Positions 21,140 to 31,777 of a DNA stretch of 64,000 bases are shown in pieces. The DNA is taken from NCBI GenBank assembly GCA_963826785.1, contig CAWGYD010000006.1, positions 320,001-384,000 of the forward strand, written 5' to 3'. This DNA is from an uncultured delta proteobacterium (GTDB taxonomy: Bacteria > Desulfobacterota > Desulfobacteria > Desulfobacterales > Desulfosalsimonadaceae). Within the stretch, counting starts at the first letter, position 1, and every line of letters starts with the position of its first letter. The notes under the pieces are model-generated. The model worked only from the letters and a program-made list of their open reading frames with translations, made no database searches and had not been told where the DNA came from. The translations under genes were made by a program, and so were the position numbers.

Positions 21140-23236
21140 ATGTATTATACCACGATCAAAAAACGGAACGGGCGGGTTGTTGAATTTGATTCTTCCAAAA
21201 TCACGGCGGCCATCGCCAAGGCGGGACAGGCCTCCGGGGAATTTGACGATAAGGAAGCCCGAAAGATGACCCTCCGGGTGATGACCCTGGCCCATGCCAT
21301 GCGGCTGGAAACACCACCGGATGTAGAAGAGATCCAGGATATCGTGGAACGGGTGCTTCTCGATTCTCCCTACTATAAAACCGCCAAGGCCTATATCATC
21401 TACCGGGAGCAGCATGCCCAGATCCGCAGCATTTCCACCAGGGCCAATGTGGCGCTGGTGGAAAACTATGTGCAGAAGCTGGACTGGAAGATCCGGGAAA
21501 ACAGCAACATGAGCTATTCCCTGCAGGGGCTGAACAATTATATTTCATCCGATATCACCGGGGAATACTGGCTCAACCGGATTTACCCGCCCGAAGTCCG
21601 CAACGCCCATAAAAAGGGGGATCTGCATATCCATGACCTGAGCCTGCTGTCGATATACTGTGTCGGATGGGATCTGCAGGATCTGCTCACCGTGGGTTTC
21701 CGGGGGGTGCCGGGAAAAGTGGAAAGCGCACCGCCCAAGCATCTCCGTTCGGCCCTCGGCCAGATCGTCAATTTTTTCTATACCCTCCAGGGTGAGGCGG
21801 CCGGCGCACAGGCCGTCTCCAACTTCGATACCATGCTGGCGCCCTTCATCCGCTACGACCATCTGTCGTACAAAGAGGTGAAGCAGGCGCTGCAGGAATT
21901 CGTGTTTAATATCAACATTCCCACCCGGGTGGGCTTTCAGACCCCGTTTACCAACATCACCATGGACCTGACGGTTCCCTCCACCCTCAGGACCTTCCGG
22001 TGATTATCGGCGGACAGCACCAAAAGGAAACCTATGGGGAGTTCCAGGAGGAAATGGATATCCTCAACAGCGCCTTTGCCGAAGTGATGATGGAGGGAGA
22101 TGCCAAGGGGCGCGTGTTCACCTTTCCGATCCCCACCTACAACATCACCAAGGATTTTGACTGGGACAATCCCGAAACTGGAAAATATCTGGAAAATGAC
22201 CGGGAAATACGGCATCCCCTATTTTTCCAATTTCGTCAATTCGGATATGTCGCCGGAAGACGCCCGGTCCATGTGCTGCCGGCTTCGGCTGGACAACCGT
22301 GAACTCATGAAACGCGGAGGCGGACTGTTCGGGGCAAATCCCCTGACCGGTTCCATCGGCGTGGTCACCATCAATCTCCCCCGGATCGGATACACGGCCA
22401 CCACCATGGACGAATTCCTCAGCCAGCTCAAACGGATGGTGGAAGTGGCCAAAGACAGCCTTTCCATTAAACGCAAGGTTCTCGAAAAGTTTACCGAAGA
22501 GAAATCTGTACCCCTACTCGAAATTCTATCTGCGGGACCATCAAGGAAAGATCCGGCGCCTACTGGACCAATCATTTTTCCACCATCGGCATCATGGGGA
22601 TGAACGAAGCCTGCATCAATCTTCATGGGAAAAAATATTGGAACGCCCGAGGGCCATGCATTTGCGGTGGAGGTCATGGATTTTCTGCGCCAGGCCATCG
22701 AAAAAATACAGGAAGAAAGCGGCGAGATCTACAACCTGGAAGCCACTCCCGGCGAAGGGACTGCTTTTCGCCTGGCCATGCTGGATAAAAAATCACATCC
22801 GGACATCGTGTGCGCCAATGACGTTCAGTTTCAGAATGGAGAAGATCCGTTCTACACCAATTCCAGCCAGCTGCCGGTAAATTATACCGATGATATTTTC
22901 GAAGCGCTGGAACTCCAGGACGAGCTTCAAACCAAATATACCGGCGGAACCGTATTTCACATCTTCCTGGGCGAACGGATCGGCGATACGGAAACCACCA
23001 AAAACCTGGTCAAAAAGATTACCTCGGGTTTCCGGTTGCCGTATTTCACCATCTCCCCCACCTTCAGCATCTGCGATACCCACGGATATCTGACGGGCGA
23101 ACATGATATTTGTCCCACCTGCCTTCATAAAACCGAGGTGTATTCCCGGATCGTGGGGTACCTGCGTCCCGTCAACCAGTGGAACAACGGAAAACAATCC
23201 GAGTTCAAGATCCGGCAGACCTTCAAGGTGGCTTAA
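21140..23236 (+). CDS. nrdD: Anaerobic (class III) ribonucleoside-triphosphate reductase with ATP-cone; five apparent frameshifts as given
   Basis: IKKRNGRVVEFD ATP-cone, HIHDL, FPIPT, SMCCRL, EATPGEG, CDTH..CPTC and YSRIVGYLRP glycyl motif, spread over several frames. Confidence 0.95.
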
Positions 23237-23246
23237 ATCTCAAGAT

Positions 23247-23942
23247 ATGATTATCGGCGGCCTTCAAAAAAATTCGCTTATCGATTATCCGCCGCATATC
23301 AGCTGCGTGATCTTCACCCAGGGATGCAACTTCAGGTGCCCATACTGCCATAATCCGGATCTGGTCGCGGAAGTGCCGCCGGAATATCTGCCCCTGGAGG
23401 AGGAGGATATTTTTGAATTTCTGGCCAAACGCAAGACATACCTGGACGGGGTGGTCATCTCCGGCGGGGAACCCACCCTTCATCCAGACCTGTTTTACTG
23501 GTGCCGGCGGATCCGGGAAATGGGCTATCTTGTAAAGGTCGACACCAATGGCAGCCGGCCCGAAATCATCAGTCGGCTGATCGACGACGGACTGGTGGAC
23601 TTCATCGCCATGGACATCAAGACCGATCCGGAGCGGTATGCCCCGCATATCGTTACAAAGATCAACACCGACCGGATTCGTTTAGCTGTCGATCTGATCC
23701 TGGACTCCGGCGTGCCCCACGAATTTCGAACCACCTGCGTCAATCCCATTGTAGACGAAGCGGCCATAACCGAGATTGCAAAGCTGATCACCGGCGCAAA
23801 GCGGTATGCGCTTCAGCGGCCGAACCTGAAAACCACGCTCAATCCGGCTTTTTTTGAAAACATGATCCCCCATGATGAATCCACCCTTCGCTTTTTCCAG
23901 TCCATTGCCGCCCCGCATGTAGATTCCTGCATCCTGCGGTAA
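23247..23942 (+). CDS. nrdG: Anaerobic RNR activating radical SAM protein
   Basis: GCNFRCPYCHNP, GVVISGGEPT, DTNGS and EFRTT motifs; follows nrdD. Confidence 0.95.
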   Translation: MIIGGLQKNSLIDYPPHISCVIFTQGCNFRCPYCHNPDLVAEVPPEYLPLEEEDIFEFLAKRKTYLDGVVISGGEPTLHPDLFYWCRRIREMGYLVKVDTNGSRPEIISRLIDDGLVDFIAMDIKTDPERYAPHIVTKINTDRIRLAVDLILDSGVPHEFRTTCVNPIVDEAAITEIAKLITGAKRYALQRPNLKTTLNPAFFENMIPHDESTLRFFQSIAAPHVDSCILR

Positions 23943-24042
23943 TCTTCGCCAGATTCCACTTAGCGCAAATCCTTGATCTCAATCGACGCAAGTTCAAAAT
24001 TCGCTCATATATGATTGACAAACCGGTCAGCATGCCGCTAAA

Positions 24043-24058
24043 TTGACGTAAACGTCAA
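24043..24058. promoter_or_regulatory. Palindromic operator resembling a LiuR (MerR-family) site
   Basis: TTGACGT-AA-ACGTCAA overlapping the -10 region of a TTGACA(24015)-N18-TAAATT promoter upstream of the acyl-CoA dehydrogenase. Confidence 0.6.
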
Positions 24059-24106
24059 CCTTGATGCGTCATTTTCATTTAATCTTCTGCTGAAGGAAAC
24101 ATATCG

Positions 24107-25348
24107 ATGATTGATCACCTGCTGTCAAAAGAGGCCTTGAAGATCCGGGATGAGGCCAGAGAACTGGTCCGCTGGGTTCCCCGCCAGATGATCCTGGATA
24201 TGGACCAGGACAAAATTCGATTCCCCAGGGAATTTCTCCAGGAAGCCGGCCGCCGCAATCTGATGGGATGCCGGTATCCCGTGCAATGGGGTGGGCGGGG
24301 ATTGGACTGGGTTACCACCACCGCTGTTATGGAAGAAATCGGCACCCTGGGATATATTTTCGCCTGCACTTTTGGCGTCGGCGCCGAACTGGTCTGTGAC
24401 GCGATCATCCAGCACGGGACCGATTTACAGAAGGAAAAATATGTCAAACCCCTGCTCAAGGGTGATATTTTTGCCGCCGAATGCCTGACCGAACCCCGTG
24501 GTGGATCGGATTTTTTCGGCACCACCACGACCGCCGAAGACAGGGGAGATCACTTCGTGATCAACGGGCAAAAACGGTTCATCGTGGGAGCCGAGGGCGC
24601 GGACTTCTTTTTGGTATATGCCAGGACCGATCCGGCCGCCGAACCCCACAAGGCCCTGACCTGTCTGATTGTGGACCGGGTGCCGGGAGTGGAAACCCAG
24701 TATCTTTATGGCCTGATGGGTTGCCGGGGCGGTGGTGCCGGTCGGCTTGTCTTCAAAGACGTGAAGGTCCCCAAGGAAAATGTTGTCGGGAAAATCAACG
24801 GCGCCTACCCGGTATTTAAAACCATGATGATTCCCGAACGGCTGGGGACGGCCGCCATGACCATCGGCAGCGCCCGGCCGGCCCTGGAAGTCGCCACCAC
24901 TTATACCACCCGACGAAAGGCATTCGGCACCACCATCAACAATTTCCAGGGCGTCAATTTTCAGATCGCCGAAGCGGTCATGCTCATGGATGCGTGCCGT
25001 TCCATCATATATACCACTGCCAGCGCAGTGGACCATCAGGTCGATCCGGCAAAGGTCCGTCGGATGGTTTCGGAGGCCAAGAAATTTGTCACCGAATCGT
25101 GCCAGAAGGTGGCGGATCGGGCCATGCAGGTGATGGGCGGCATCGGCTACACGACCGTCTTTCCGATTGAAAGGATCGTGAGGGATCTTCGCCTGGCGAC
25201 GATCTGGACGGGAAGCAACGAAATTATGTCGGTGATCATCGGCCATGAATGGTACCGGGAGCACGCTGCCCATAGGGGCGGCGCACCCCGTGATCATGAA
25301 TTCGATGCGGCCGAAGCCGATGCTCCTGACGAAAAAATATACGAATAG
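24107..25348 (+). CDS. Acyl-CoA dehydrogenase
   Basis: CLTEPRGGSD, INGQKRFI, RRKAFG, QVMGGIGY and IWTGSNEI motifs. Confidence 0.95.
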   Translation: MIDHLLSKEALKIRDEARELVRWVPRQMILDMDQDKIRFPREFLQEAGRRNLMGCRYPVQWGGRGLDWVTTTAVMEEIGTLGYIFACTFGVGAELVCDAIIQHGTDLQKEKYVKPLLKGDIFAAECLTEPRGGSDFFGTTTTAEDRGDHFVINGQKRFIVGAEGADFFLVYARTDPAAEPHKALTCLIVDRVPGVETQYLYGLMGCRGGGAGRLVFKDVKVPKENVVGKINGAYPVFKTMMIPERLGTAAMTIGSARPALEVATTYTTRRKAFGTTINNFQGVNFQIAEAVMLMDACRSIIYTTASAVDHQVDPAKVRRMVSEAKKFVTESCQKVADRAMQVMGGIGYTTVFPIERIVRDLRLATIWTGSNEIMSVIIGHEWYREHAAHRGGAPRDHEFDAAEADAPDEKIYE

Positions 25349-25359
25349 GCGAAAAATCA

Positions 25360-25554
25360 ATGCTGTTAGATTTGATCAAAGTCGCAGCGGTGCTCACTGC
25401 TGCCGGTATTCTGGGATCTTCCTTCCTGGCCGAGGTCAAGAAAAACAAACTGCAGGGCGGCGCATGGTATCGGCCGTACATCTCCTTTCCCGGCCTGATC
25501 ATCTGCTTCGCCATCCTTCTGCCGGTGCTGGTGTGGTGGATCAATAAAGGATGA
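25360..25554 (+). CDS. Small membrane protein (64 aa)
   Basis: Two hydrophobic segments; 11 bp after the ACAD stop. Confidence 0.6.
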   Translation: MLLDLIKVAAVLTAAGILGSSFLAEVKKNKLQGGAWYRPYISFPGLIICFAILLPVLVWWINKG

Positions 25555-25603
25555 AAAAAACCCCCGACTTAGCCGAACGATTTCGACCGGCAAGTCGGGG
25601 GTT
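25554..25603 (-). terminator. Rho-independent terminator (U tract on the minus strand)
   Basis: AACCCCCGACTT/AAGTCGGGGGTT 12-bp stem with A7 on the left. Confidence 0.8.
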
Positions 25604-25944
25604 CAAATCATGCTCCATCAAGGACGGCATCAAAAATCCGGCGTCCATCGTATTGAACTAAAAAGTGCGATGCGCTTCAAGGAATTGCGGGATTACATTT
25701 TGCATTCCTTGCAAGAAAGACTTTCAATTTTATGATCAGCTGATCGATTTTTTTTGCGATCCCTGGAATTTTCGACTTCCTGAAATCGCTAAAATCAAGC
25801 GATCACCGCCTCTGCCATAGGCTGATATTCCCGCAATGGCGGCTGCCTATATGAAGACGTCAGCGCCTTAAAAACGGTTTTTCTTTCTGGAAGCACAGCG
25901 CCCTGACTGAAGATCCGTACCAAATGATCATTATCGGATCATAT

Positions 25945-26298
25945 CTATTTTTCTTCAGGAGTCGGCCCCGAATTTCGGATCAATGCCGAATACCAGCAGG
26001 CGAAATCGAACATTCCCATGAACCGATCATCTTCATTGATAATACCCAGGCAAAGGTCAAACGCGCCTTTTCCGTATTCATTGTTATATTTCTTCGGATC
26101 GACTGTCTGCATGAATTCCCGAATGAGCGTCTGGGTGGTCCGATTGGTCTGATCTTTTCGAATATCAATGGGATCATTGGGCAAAAGGAACGGGTCCCAT
26201 TGTTCATAACCCCGCTTCAGAATCTGTTTCTGGCGTCGGGGAGCCATACTGTCGAATATCGCTTTTTTTCGAATTTCCGCATCATCATGCTGCTCCAT
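25945..26298 (-). CDS. Hypothetical protein (117 aa)
   Basis: GGAGG RBS; starts 2 bp after the stop of the YkgJ-family gene. Confidence 0.75.
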   Translation of the reverse strand: MEQHDDAEIRKKAIFDSMAPRRQKQILKRGYEQWDPFLLPNDPIDIRKDQTNRTTQTLIREFMQTVDPKKYNNEYGKGAFDLCLGIINEDDRFMGMFDFACWYSALIRNSGPTPEEK

Positions 26299-26300
26299 GA

Positions 26301-26987
26301 TTATTTTTCCTCCTTACAGACCGCTTGTTCGTCCGATGCTTCCGGTAACCCGAGATATTTTGCATCATATTCAGTGAGCAGCGCCATGGACACGGGCACC
26401 AGCATATCTCCCATCCTGGAGTTCTTGGATTTGAGAAAAACGATCAACTCCTCGGAAAGCGCGAGCAGTTGATCGTGAATGATGTCCTGATTTAAGGTGG
26501 GGTAACGCTCGCCTTCCTTGAACCCCGAAATCCCACAGGTGTGCCCCTTGCCGCCAAATGCCGTGGGAATGCCGTAACTCCGGCAGGCAATGGGCCGAAA
26601 ATCATAGAGGCTGCACATCTGTTCCTGATTCAACAGGGGGCATTCAATCCGCTCCAGGGCAATTTCCCGCAGGATCGTTTCATCGTCTTTTCCGGCCTGG
26701 GACGCTTTAAATGCCGCTCTTTTGATTTTGTGTATCCGACGGTCTGCCGTGTCGGCCTTATCCATGATCTGCGCCCCCTTGCCATCTCCGTACACCCGAT
26801 TGAAACGATTATTCAAATACATGGCCTCTATGAGCGTCAAATCAAAAAGCGCATGGCAGCAGTCCGAGCACCCCTGCTTGCACGCAATTTCGTTGGGGTA
26901 GGACGCTTTCATCCGGCTGAATGCCGCTTCTACTTTTTCCACCAGAGCTTCGTATCGCTTAAAAAATGCTTCAATTTCAATATTCAT
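26301..26987 (-). CDS. YkgJ family cysteine-cluster protein
   Basis: CKQGCSDCC, CPLL..CSLYDFRPIACR motifs. Confidence 0.88.
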   Translation of the reverse strand: MNIEIEAFFKRYEALVEKVEAAFSRMKASYPNEIACKQGCSDCCHALFDLTLIEAMYLNNRFNRVYGDGKGAQIMDKADTADRRIHKIKRAAFKASQAGKDDETILREIALERIECPLLNQEQMCSLYDFRPIACRSYGIPTAFGGKGHTCGISGFKEGERYPTLNQDIIHDQLLALSEELIVFLKSKNSRMGDMLVPVSMALLTEYDAKYLGLPEASDEQAVCKEEK

Positions 26988-27036
26988 ATAATCGAGTCCC
27001 CCTCATCAGATTTCAGATTGTATATAGTTTCTTTAT

Positions 27037-27052
27037 TGTTTCACGTGGAACA
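27037..27052. other. parS centromere-like site (ParB binding)
   Basis: TGTTTCACGTGGAACA, one mismatch to the TGTTTCACGTGAAACA consensus; palindrome extended by TTTAT/ATAAA; just downstream of mnmE. Confidence 0.9.
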
Positions 27053-27108
27053 ATAAATCGGTCGAGACGTCGGTAAGAATTGCAAATGACCTTCGAGATG
27101 TCATATGG

Positions 27109-28509
27109 CTACTTACCGATACAAAATTGATTGAATATGGCATCCAACACATCGAAGGAAACGGATTGCCCTGAAATTTCCGCCAGCGATTGCAGCGCCG
27201 AGTTCAAATCTATTGACAGCAGTTCGGGCGGGGCGCAAGCCGCTATCCCGTCGGCAAAATGCGTTAACGATCGAAAGCAGGCATCCAGCGCAATCTTTTG
27301 CCGGACGTTGGGCACGATTGGATCATCCATGTCAGGAATCGGGCCGGTGATGATGGATGTCATGAGCGTTTTTAGCCTCCCGATGCCGGTACCGTGTAAT
27401 GCAGAAATCTCCACCTTGGGGATCTTTTGCCAATCGAATGGCAGCGGGCAGGCGTGTTCGGGTGACAGCAGATCGATTTTATTGATCACCAAAACCCTGT
27501 TCCTGTCCGGCAGGCTTTTCAGGAGTGAAATTTCCGATGCGGAAACGCCCCTTCCGGCATCAATCACAAACAGCAAAAGATCTGCAGATTGAGCGGCTTG
27601 CCAGGCCCGATCGATTCCAAGCTTTTCGATGGGATCTATCGAGTCGTGCAGTCCGGCGGTATCGGTGAGGACAATGGGCAGGCCCTGCAGGGTAAAGACA
27701 TCTTCGATAAAATCCCGCGTGGTGCCTGGCGTATCGGTTACGATTGCGCGTTCACGCTCAACCAGCCGGTTCAGGAGGCTGGACTTGCCGACATTGGGGC
27801 TCCCGGCGATCACAACCCGGATGCCGTCACGGAGGCAGTGCATGGATTCATGTGATTCGATCAGGCGATGAATGACCGGAAAAACGGATTCCTGTAAAAG
27901 CAGCGTAAACTTAGCGGGATCATAAGCCCCTTCCATATCCTCCGGAAAATCGATGTCCGCTTCCAGTTCCACCAGGATATCCTGCAGGATCACCCTAATT
28001 CCGGATAGCGCTTCACCGAGCTGGCCGCTTAGATGTGCCGCACCCATCTCCATGGACCGAAGGGTTTTGGCATTGATCAGATCGATCACCGCTTCGGCCT
28101 GGCTGAGATCGATGCGACCGTTTAAAAACGCACGACGGGTGAACTCTCCGGGCTCCGCGATTCTGGCGCCAGCGGCGATCACCAGGGAGAGAAGGACCTG
28201 CATCACCAGGGGGCCGCCGTGGCACTGTAATTCCACGACATCCTCGCCCGTATATGTGTGCGGAGCAGACATATACACCCAAAGGGCCTCGTCAATGACT
28301 GCGCCGGTATGCGGATGGATGATCCGCCCGTAATACATGTACCGGGGAACGGGAAATGGATTGCCGGCGTGTGCGGTCGAACCTGCGGCGGTGTTTGGCC
28401 TAAACAGGGACAGGCCGATTTCTGCGGCACGAAGGCCGGAAATTTTGAGGATCCCGATCCCCCCAGTTCCTGGCGGGGTGGAGATGGCGGCGATGGTTGA
28501 CAATGGCAT
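27109..28509 (-). CDS. mnmE: tRNA modification GTPase MnmE
   Basis: TIAAISTPPG, PGEFTRRAFLNGR, GSPNVGKS, PGTTRD, DTAG and C-terminal FCIGK. Confidence 0.98.
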   Translation of the reverse strand: MPLSTIAAISTPPGTGGIGILKISGLRAAEIGLSLFRPNTAAGSTAHAGNPFPVPRYMYYGRIIHPHTGAVIDEALWVYMSAPHTYTGEDVVELQCHGGPLVMQVLLSLVIAAGARIAEPGEFTRRAFLNGRIDLSQAEAVIDLINAKTLRSMEMGAAHLSGQLGEALSGIRVILQDILVELEADIDFPEDMEGAYDPAKFTLLLQESVFPVIHRLIESHESMHCLRDGIRVVIAGSPNVGKSSLLNRLVERERAIVTDTPGTTRDFIEDVFTLQGLPIVLTDTAGLHDSIDPIEKLGIDRAWQAAQSADLLLFVIDAGRGVSASEISLLKSLPDRNRVLVINKIDLLSPEHACPLPFDWQKIPKVEISALHGTGIGRLKTLMTSIITGPIPDMDDPIVPNVRQKIALDACFRSLTHFADGIAACAPPELLSIDLNSALQSLAEISGQSVSFDVLDAIFNQFCIGK

Positions 28510-28537
28510 GATAAAACATCAAAGGATGCTCAAGAGG

Positions 28538-29533
28538 CTATTCCGTCGAGGTCTCCTGGTTTTGAGCGGCCTTTTTCTTTGGATAGATGATCAGTTTCCG
28601 AAAGTAGCCGCTCCCTACGCTCTGGGTACGGACCGCTTTGTTGTTTTTCAGGGCCATGTGCACCACTCTTCGGTCCTGGGCATTCATCCGGTTGATGGAT
28701 GCCGGCTTGCCGGTATCCTGGGCCTTCTGAGCCATGCGGACGGCCAATTCCTTGAGTTCCGCTTTCCGGCTTTCGAGATAATCTTCGATATCGATGACCA
28801 CCGGGTTGGCCTGATTGCATTGCTTGTTCACCACTTTGTCTACCAGGTACTGAATGGCCTCCAGGTTCTGCCCTTTTTTGCCGATCAACATCCCGGCGTC
28901 TTGTCCCCGGATATGAATGCGGGGCCGTCTGCCCGGCCTGGATTTTTCCACTGTCACTTCCGCCCCTGCAGCCAAAGAATCGACAATGGTGCGGATCAAG
29001 GCTTCGGCCACGCCGATGGTCGCCTCCCGGGCTTCATCCGTCATGGGCTGATCAGTTTCCGTTTCCGGCGGTGCCTGCGCTTCCGGCCGTGCCTGCGCTT
29101 CCGGCGCTTCGGGCGCTTTGGGCGCTTTGGTCCGGGTTCGGCGCCGGCCCTCTCCGCGCGTCTTTGTTTTTTCTGCCTGGGGCACAACCTTGGTTTCCGC
29201 TGCGATTTCGGGTGCGGGGGCCCTTTCGGTTTCCGCCGGGGCAATGCCAAAAGCTTCATCCACGAGTGCGCTGACCGCTTCACGGTTGGCGGCTGCGATT
29301 TCCGCATCGGATGCCACTGGAGCGATGGTCTCTGTGGCGGCTGTGGCCATTTGGTTGTCGGTTACCTGGACCCGGATCAGCGCTTTTTTGGCGCCGACCA
29401 GACCGAAAATTCCCGATGAACCATGAGAAATAATGTCATACTTTAATTTCTCCGGTGCAATGTTGAGTTCCGCGCATGCTTTTTGAACGGCTTTTTCGAC
29501 GCTCTTTTCTTCAAAGTCCATGGAAGACTTCAT
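28538..29533 (-). CDS. jag: Jag/EloR RNA-binding protein (Jag_N, KH, R3H)
   Basis: GIFGLVG, LIGKKGQNLEAIQ and RRVVH motifs; sits between yidC and mnmE. Confidence 0.93.
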   Translation of the reverse strand: MKSSMDFEEKSVEKAVQKACAELNIAPEKLKYDIISHGSSGIFGLVGAKKALIRVQVTDNQMATAATETIAPVASDAEIAAANREAVSALVDEAFGIAPAETERAPAPEIAAETKVVPQAEKTKTRGEGRRRTRTKAPKAPEAPEAQARPEAQAPPETETDQPMTDEAREATIGVAEALIRTIVDSLAAGAEVTVEKSRPGRRPRIHIRGQDAGMLIGKKGQNLEAIQYLVDKVVNKQCNQANPVVIDIEDYLESRKAELKELAVRMAQKAQDTGKPASINRMNAQDRRVVHMALKNNKAVRTQSVGSGYFRKLIIYPKKKAAQNQETSTE

Positions 29534-29550
29534 GAAAAAATCCCTCCGCA

Positions 29551-31215
29551 CTAAGCTATTTTCCTTGTGATATAGTACTGTTGCGCAATAGACAGGACAT
29601 TGTTGACCAGCCAGTAAAGCACCAGCCCGGATGGAAAATTGATGAAAATCACGGTGAAAACCAGTGGCATCAGCATCATGATTTTGGCCTGGGACGGGTC
29701 TCCGGGCGGGGGTGACAGTTTCTGCTGCAGAAACATGGTGGCACCCATGATAATGGTCAGCACCGGAATACCATAAGGCGGCGCCATAAAGGGAATGGCA
29801 AAATTAAAATGCAGCAGCCGGTCCGGTGCAGACAGATCGTTGATCCACAGGAAAAAAGGCGCATGCCGCAGTTCAATGGCCCCATACAACATCCGATAAA
29901 ACGCAAGAAATACAGGTATCTGAACAACCATAGGGAGGCATCCGCTCATGGGATTGACCTTGTATGTCCGGTACAGCCCCATGATCTCCTCATTCATTTT
30001 TTTCTTGTCGTCCTTATATTTCTTCCGGATTTCGGTCATCAACGGCTGCAGCTTCTTCATCTCCGCCATCGATTTATAGCTTTTGGAGCCCAGCGGCCAG
30101 AAAATCAGCTTGAACAGAATCGTCAATAAAATAATGGCAATTCCATAATTTGCAATCAAATGATCGTGGACATAATCCATCAGCCTCAGGCAGGGCTTGG
30201 CAATCACGTCAAAGAAACCGAAATTCACCGCCTTGGTCAGATGATGACCGAATTTTTCCAGCAGCGGCAACCGCTTGGGACCCAGAAACATTGAATACTC
30301 GGATGTATGCTGAGCGCCGGGCGCGATGGCCGGCACGGGATCGGCATACGCTATTTTAACCAGCTCACTTTGCGGATCGACAGACAAATGAATCATCGAC
30401 TTTTCGGAGATGGTTTCCGGAACCAAGGTGGTGATGAAATACTGCTCTTCGATGCCGGCCCATGCAATCGAGCCGGTATAGGTATTCTTTTTCTTAATAT
30501 CTTTTATCTTGATCTGTTCCAGATCATTGTTGATCAGCGAGACCGGTCCGGTGAAGGAATAGCTGTTGTTTTTGGAGACCGGATTGGCGAGCATCACCGC
30601 CAGGGGTTTATCAACGGGCTGATCCGAAAAGTTTTTAACCGTGACGGCCAGATTGATCTTATAATCGTCCGGAAAGAAGGTAAATCGCTTTTCGATCGCA
30701 ATACCGGACGGCGAGCGCCAGTAAAAAGTAACGGACTGGCTTTGTGCATCCACCCGGATCATATGAGAAGAGGCATCGGTGGTGAATACCGACCGTGGAG
30801 ACAGCAGATCGTTTCCGACAAAATCGAGCAGGGCGGTCCCGATTTCATTTTCTTTCGGAATCAATTGCTTCGGCCCGGAATTTTGCGCCATGGTTTCTTT
30901 ATAGTCTTTCAGCAAAAAGCTGGTGAAAGCAGCGCCGTTTGCTGAAATTTCCGCCGTGTACAACGAATTTTCCACCCGCAGGGTCTCGAAACGGGTGCCG
31001 GGCTGGTCAGCGGGGACCGGTTCGGCCGGGGGCGGCTGCTCCTTTTCCACAGCCACCGGGGGGCGGGGTTCAACCGATGGCGCCGCGGGAGTTTGTACGG
31101 CCTTATCGGAAACAGTGCGGGGAGGGTGTTCGGGTTTGGGTTCAAAAAACAGTCCCCAAACCAGAAACACCAGAAATGACAAGGCTATGGCAATCAGTAA
31201 TCGCCCTTGTTCCAT
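29551..31215 (-). CDS. yidC: Membrane protein insertase YidC
   Basis: NYGIAIILLT, NPMSGCLP, WINDLSAPD and PSGLVLYWLVNN motifs. Confidence 0.98.
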   Translation of the reverse strand: MEQGRLLIAIALSFLVFLVWGLFFEPKPEHPPRTVSDKAVQTPAAPSVEPRPPVAVEKEQPPPAEPVPADQPGTRFETLRVENSLYTAEISANGAAFTSFLLKDYKETMAQNSGPKQLIPKENEIGTALLDFVGNDLLSPRSVFTTDASSHMIRVDAQSQSVTFYWRSPSGIAIEKRFTFFPDDYKINLAVTVKNFSDQPVDKPLAVMLANPVSKNNSYSFTGPVSLINNDLEQIKIKDIKKKNTYTGSIAWAGIEEQYFITTLVPETISEKSMIHLSVDPQSELVKIAYADPVPAIAPGAQHTSEYSMFLGPKRLPLLEKFGHHLTKAVNFGFFDVIAKPCLRLMDYVHDHLIANYGIAIILLTILFKLIFWPLGSKSYKSMAEMKKLQPLMTEIRKKYKDDKKKMNEEIMGLYRTYKVNPMSGCLPMVVQIPVFLAFYRMLYGAIELRHAPFFLWINDLSAPDRLLHFNFAIPFMAPPYGIPVLTIIMGATMFLQQKLSPPPGDPSQAKIMMLMPLVFTVIFINFPSGLVLYWLVNNVLSIAQQYYITRKIA

Positions 31216-31543
31216 AATTTACTCCTGATCGCCGCAAAGGGCGAATTTAAATTTGCTCGGTCTTGAATTTAACCAATTCGTAAATTAAACAGATACCCGT
31301 GGTGATGGAAACGGTGTTGCGCAGGACGAAACGGGAGGCGGATGGCATGATGAAAAAAGGGGATCGCCCGTCTTTAGACGCGGTGTTTACGGGATCAGCA
31401 TAGTCGGCTTTTTCAGAATCAACCCTGTCTGTCGGCATCGGGAAATCGGGCGATGATGCGCCGGCGGTTCTATGGACGGGCGGAAACATCATCGATTCCC
31501 CTGCATAGAGGCCGGGTTTGAAATCATATGTTGGCGATACGGT

Positions 31544-31777
31544 TCAGGGAACAGGATCCACTCCGCCCGGATGGAACGGGTGGCATCGCAGGACCCGTCT
31601 TACCGCCAGACAGCCCCCCCGGATGATGCCATGGCGCAAAATCGCCTCATAGGCATACTGGGAACACGACGGATAAAACCGGCAGGCAGGTCCCAGCAAC
31701 GGTGAAAGCACCACCTGATATATCCGGATCAGAATCAATGCCAAATATTTAATGAGCGATCTCCCTTGTCTTCTCAA
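31544..31777 (-). CDS. yidD: Membrane protein insertion efficiency factor YidD (start uncertain)
   Basis: [10 protein letters not shown] and [14 protein letters not shown] motifs. Confidence 0.95.
   Translation of the reverse strand: MRRQGRSLIKYLALILIRIYQVVLSPLLGPACRFYPSCSQYAYEAILRHGIIRGGCLAVRRVLRCHPFHPGGVDPVP

Noticed and set aside
21999..22003. TGA in nrdD as selenocysteine, programmed frameshift or intron boundary
   Set aside because: Homology continues in another frame with no inserted sequence; five scattered indels are not a recoding pattern.
29060..29135. Short tandem repeats in jag (PKAPEAPEAQARPEAQAPPE)
   Set aside because: Low-complexity linker coding sequence, not a CRISPR or mobile repeat. 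No CRISPR array or tRNA was seen in the window.
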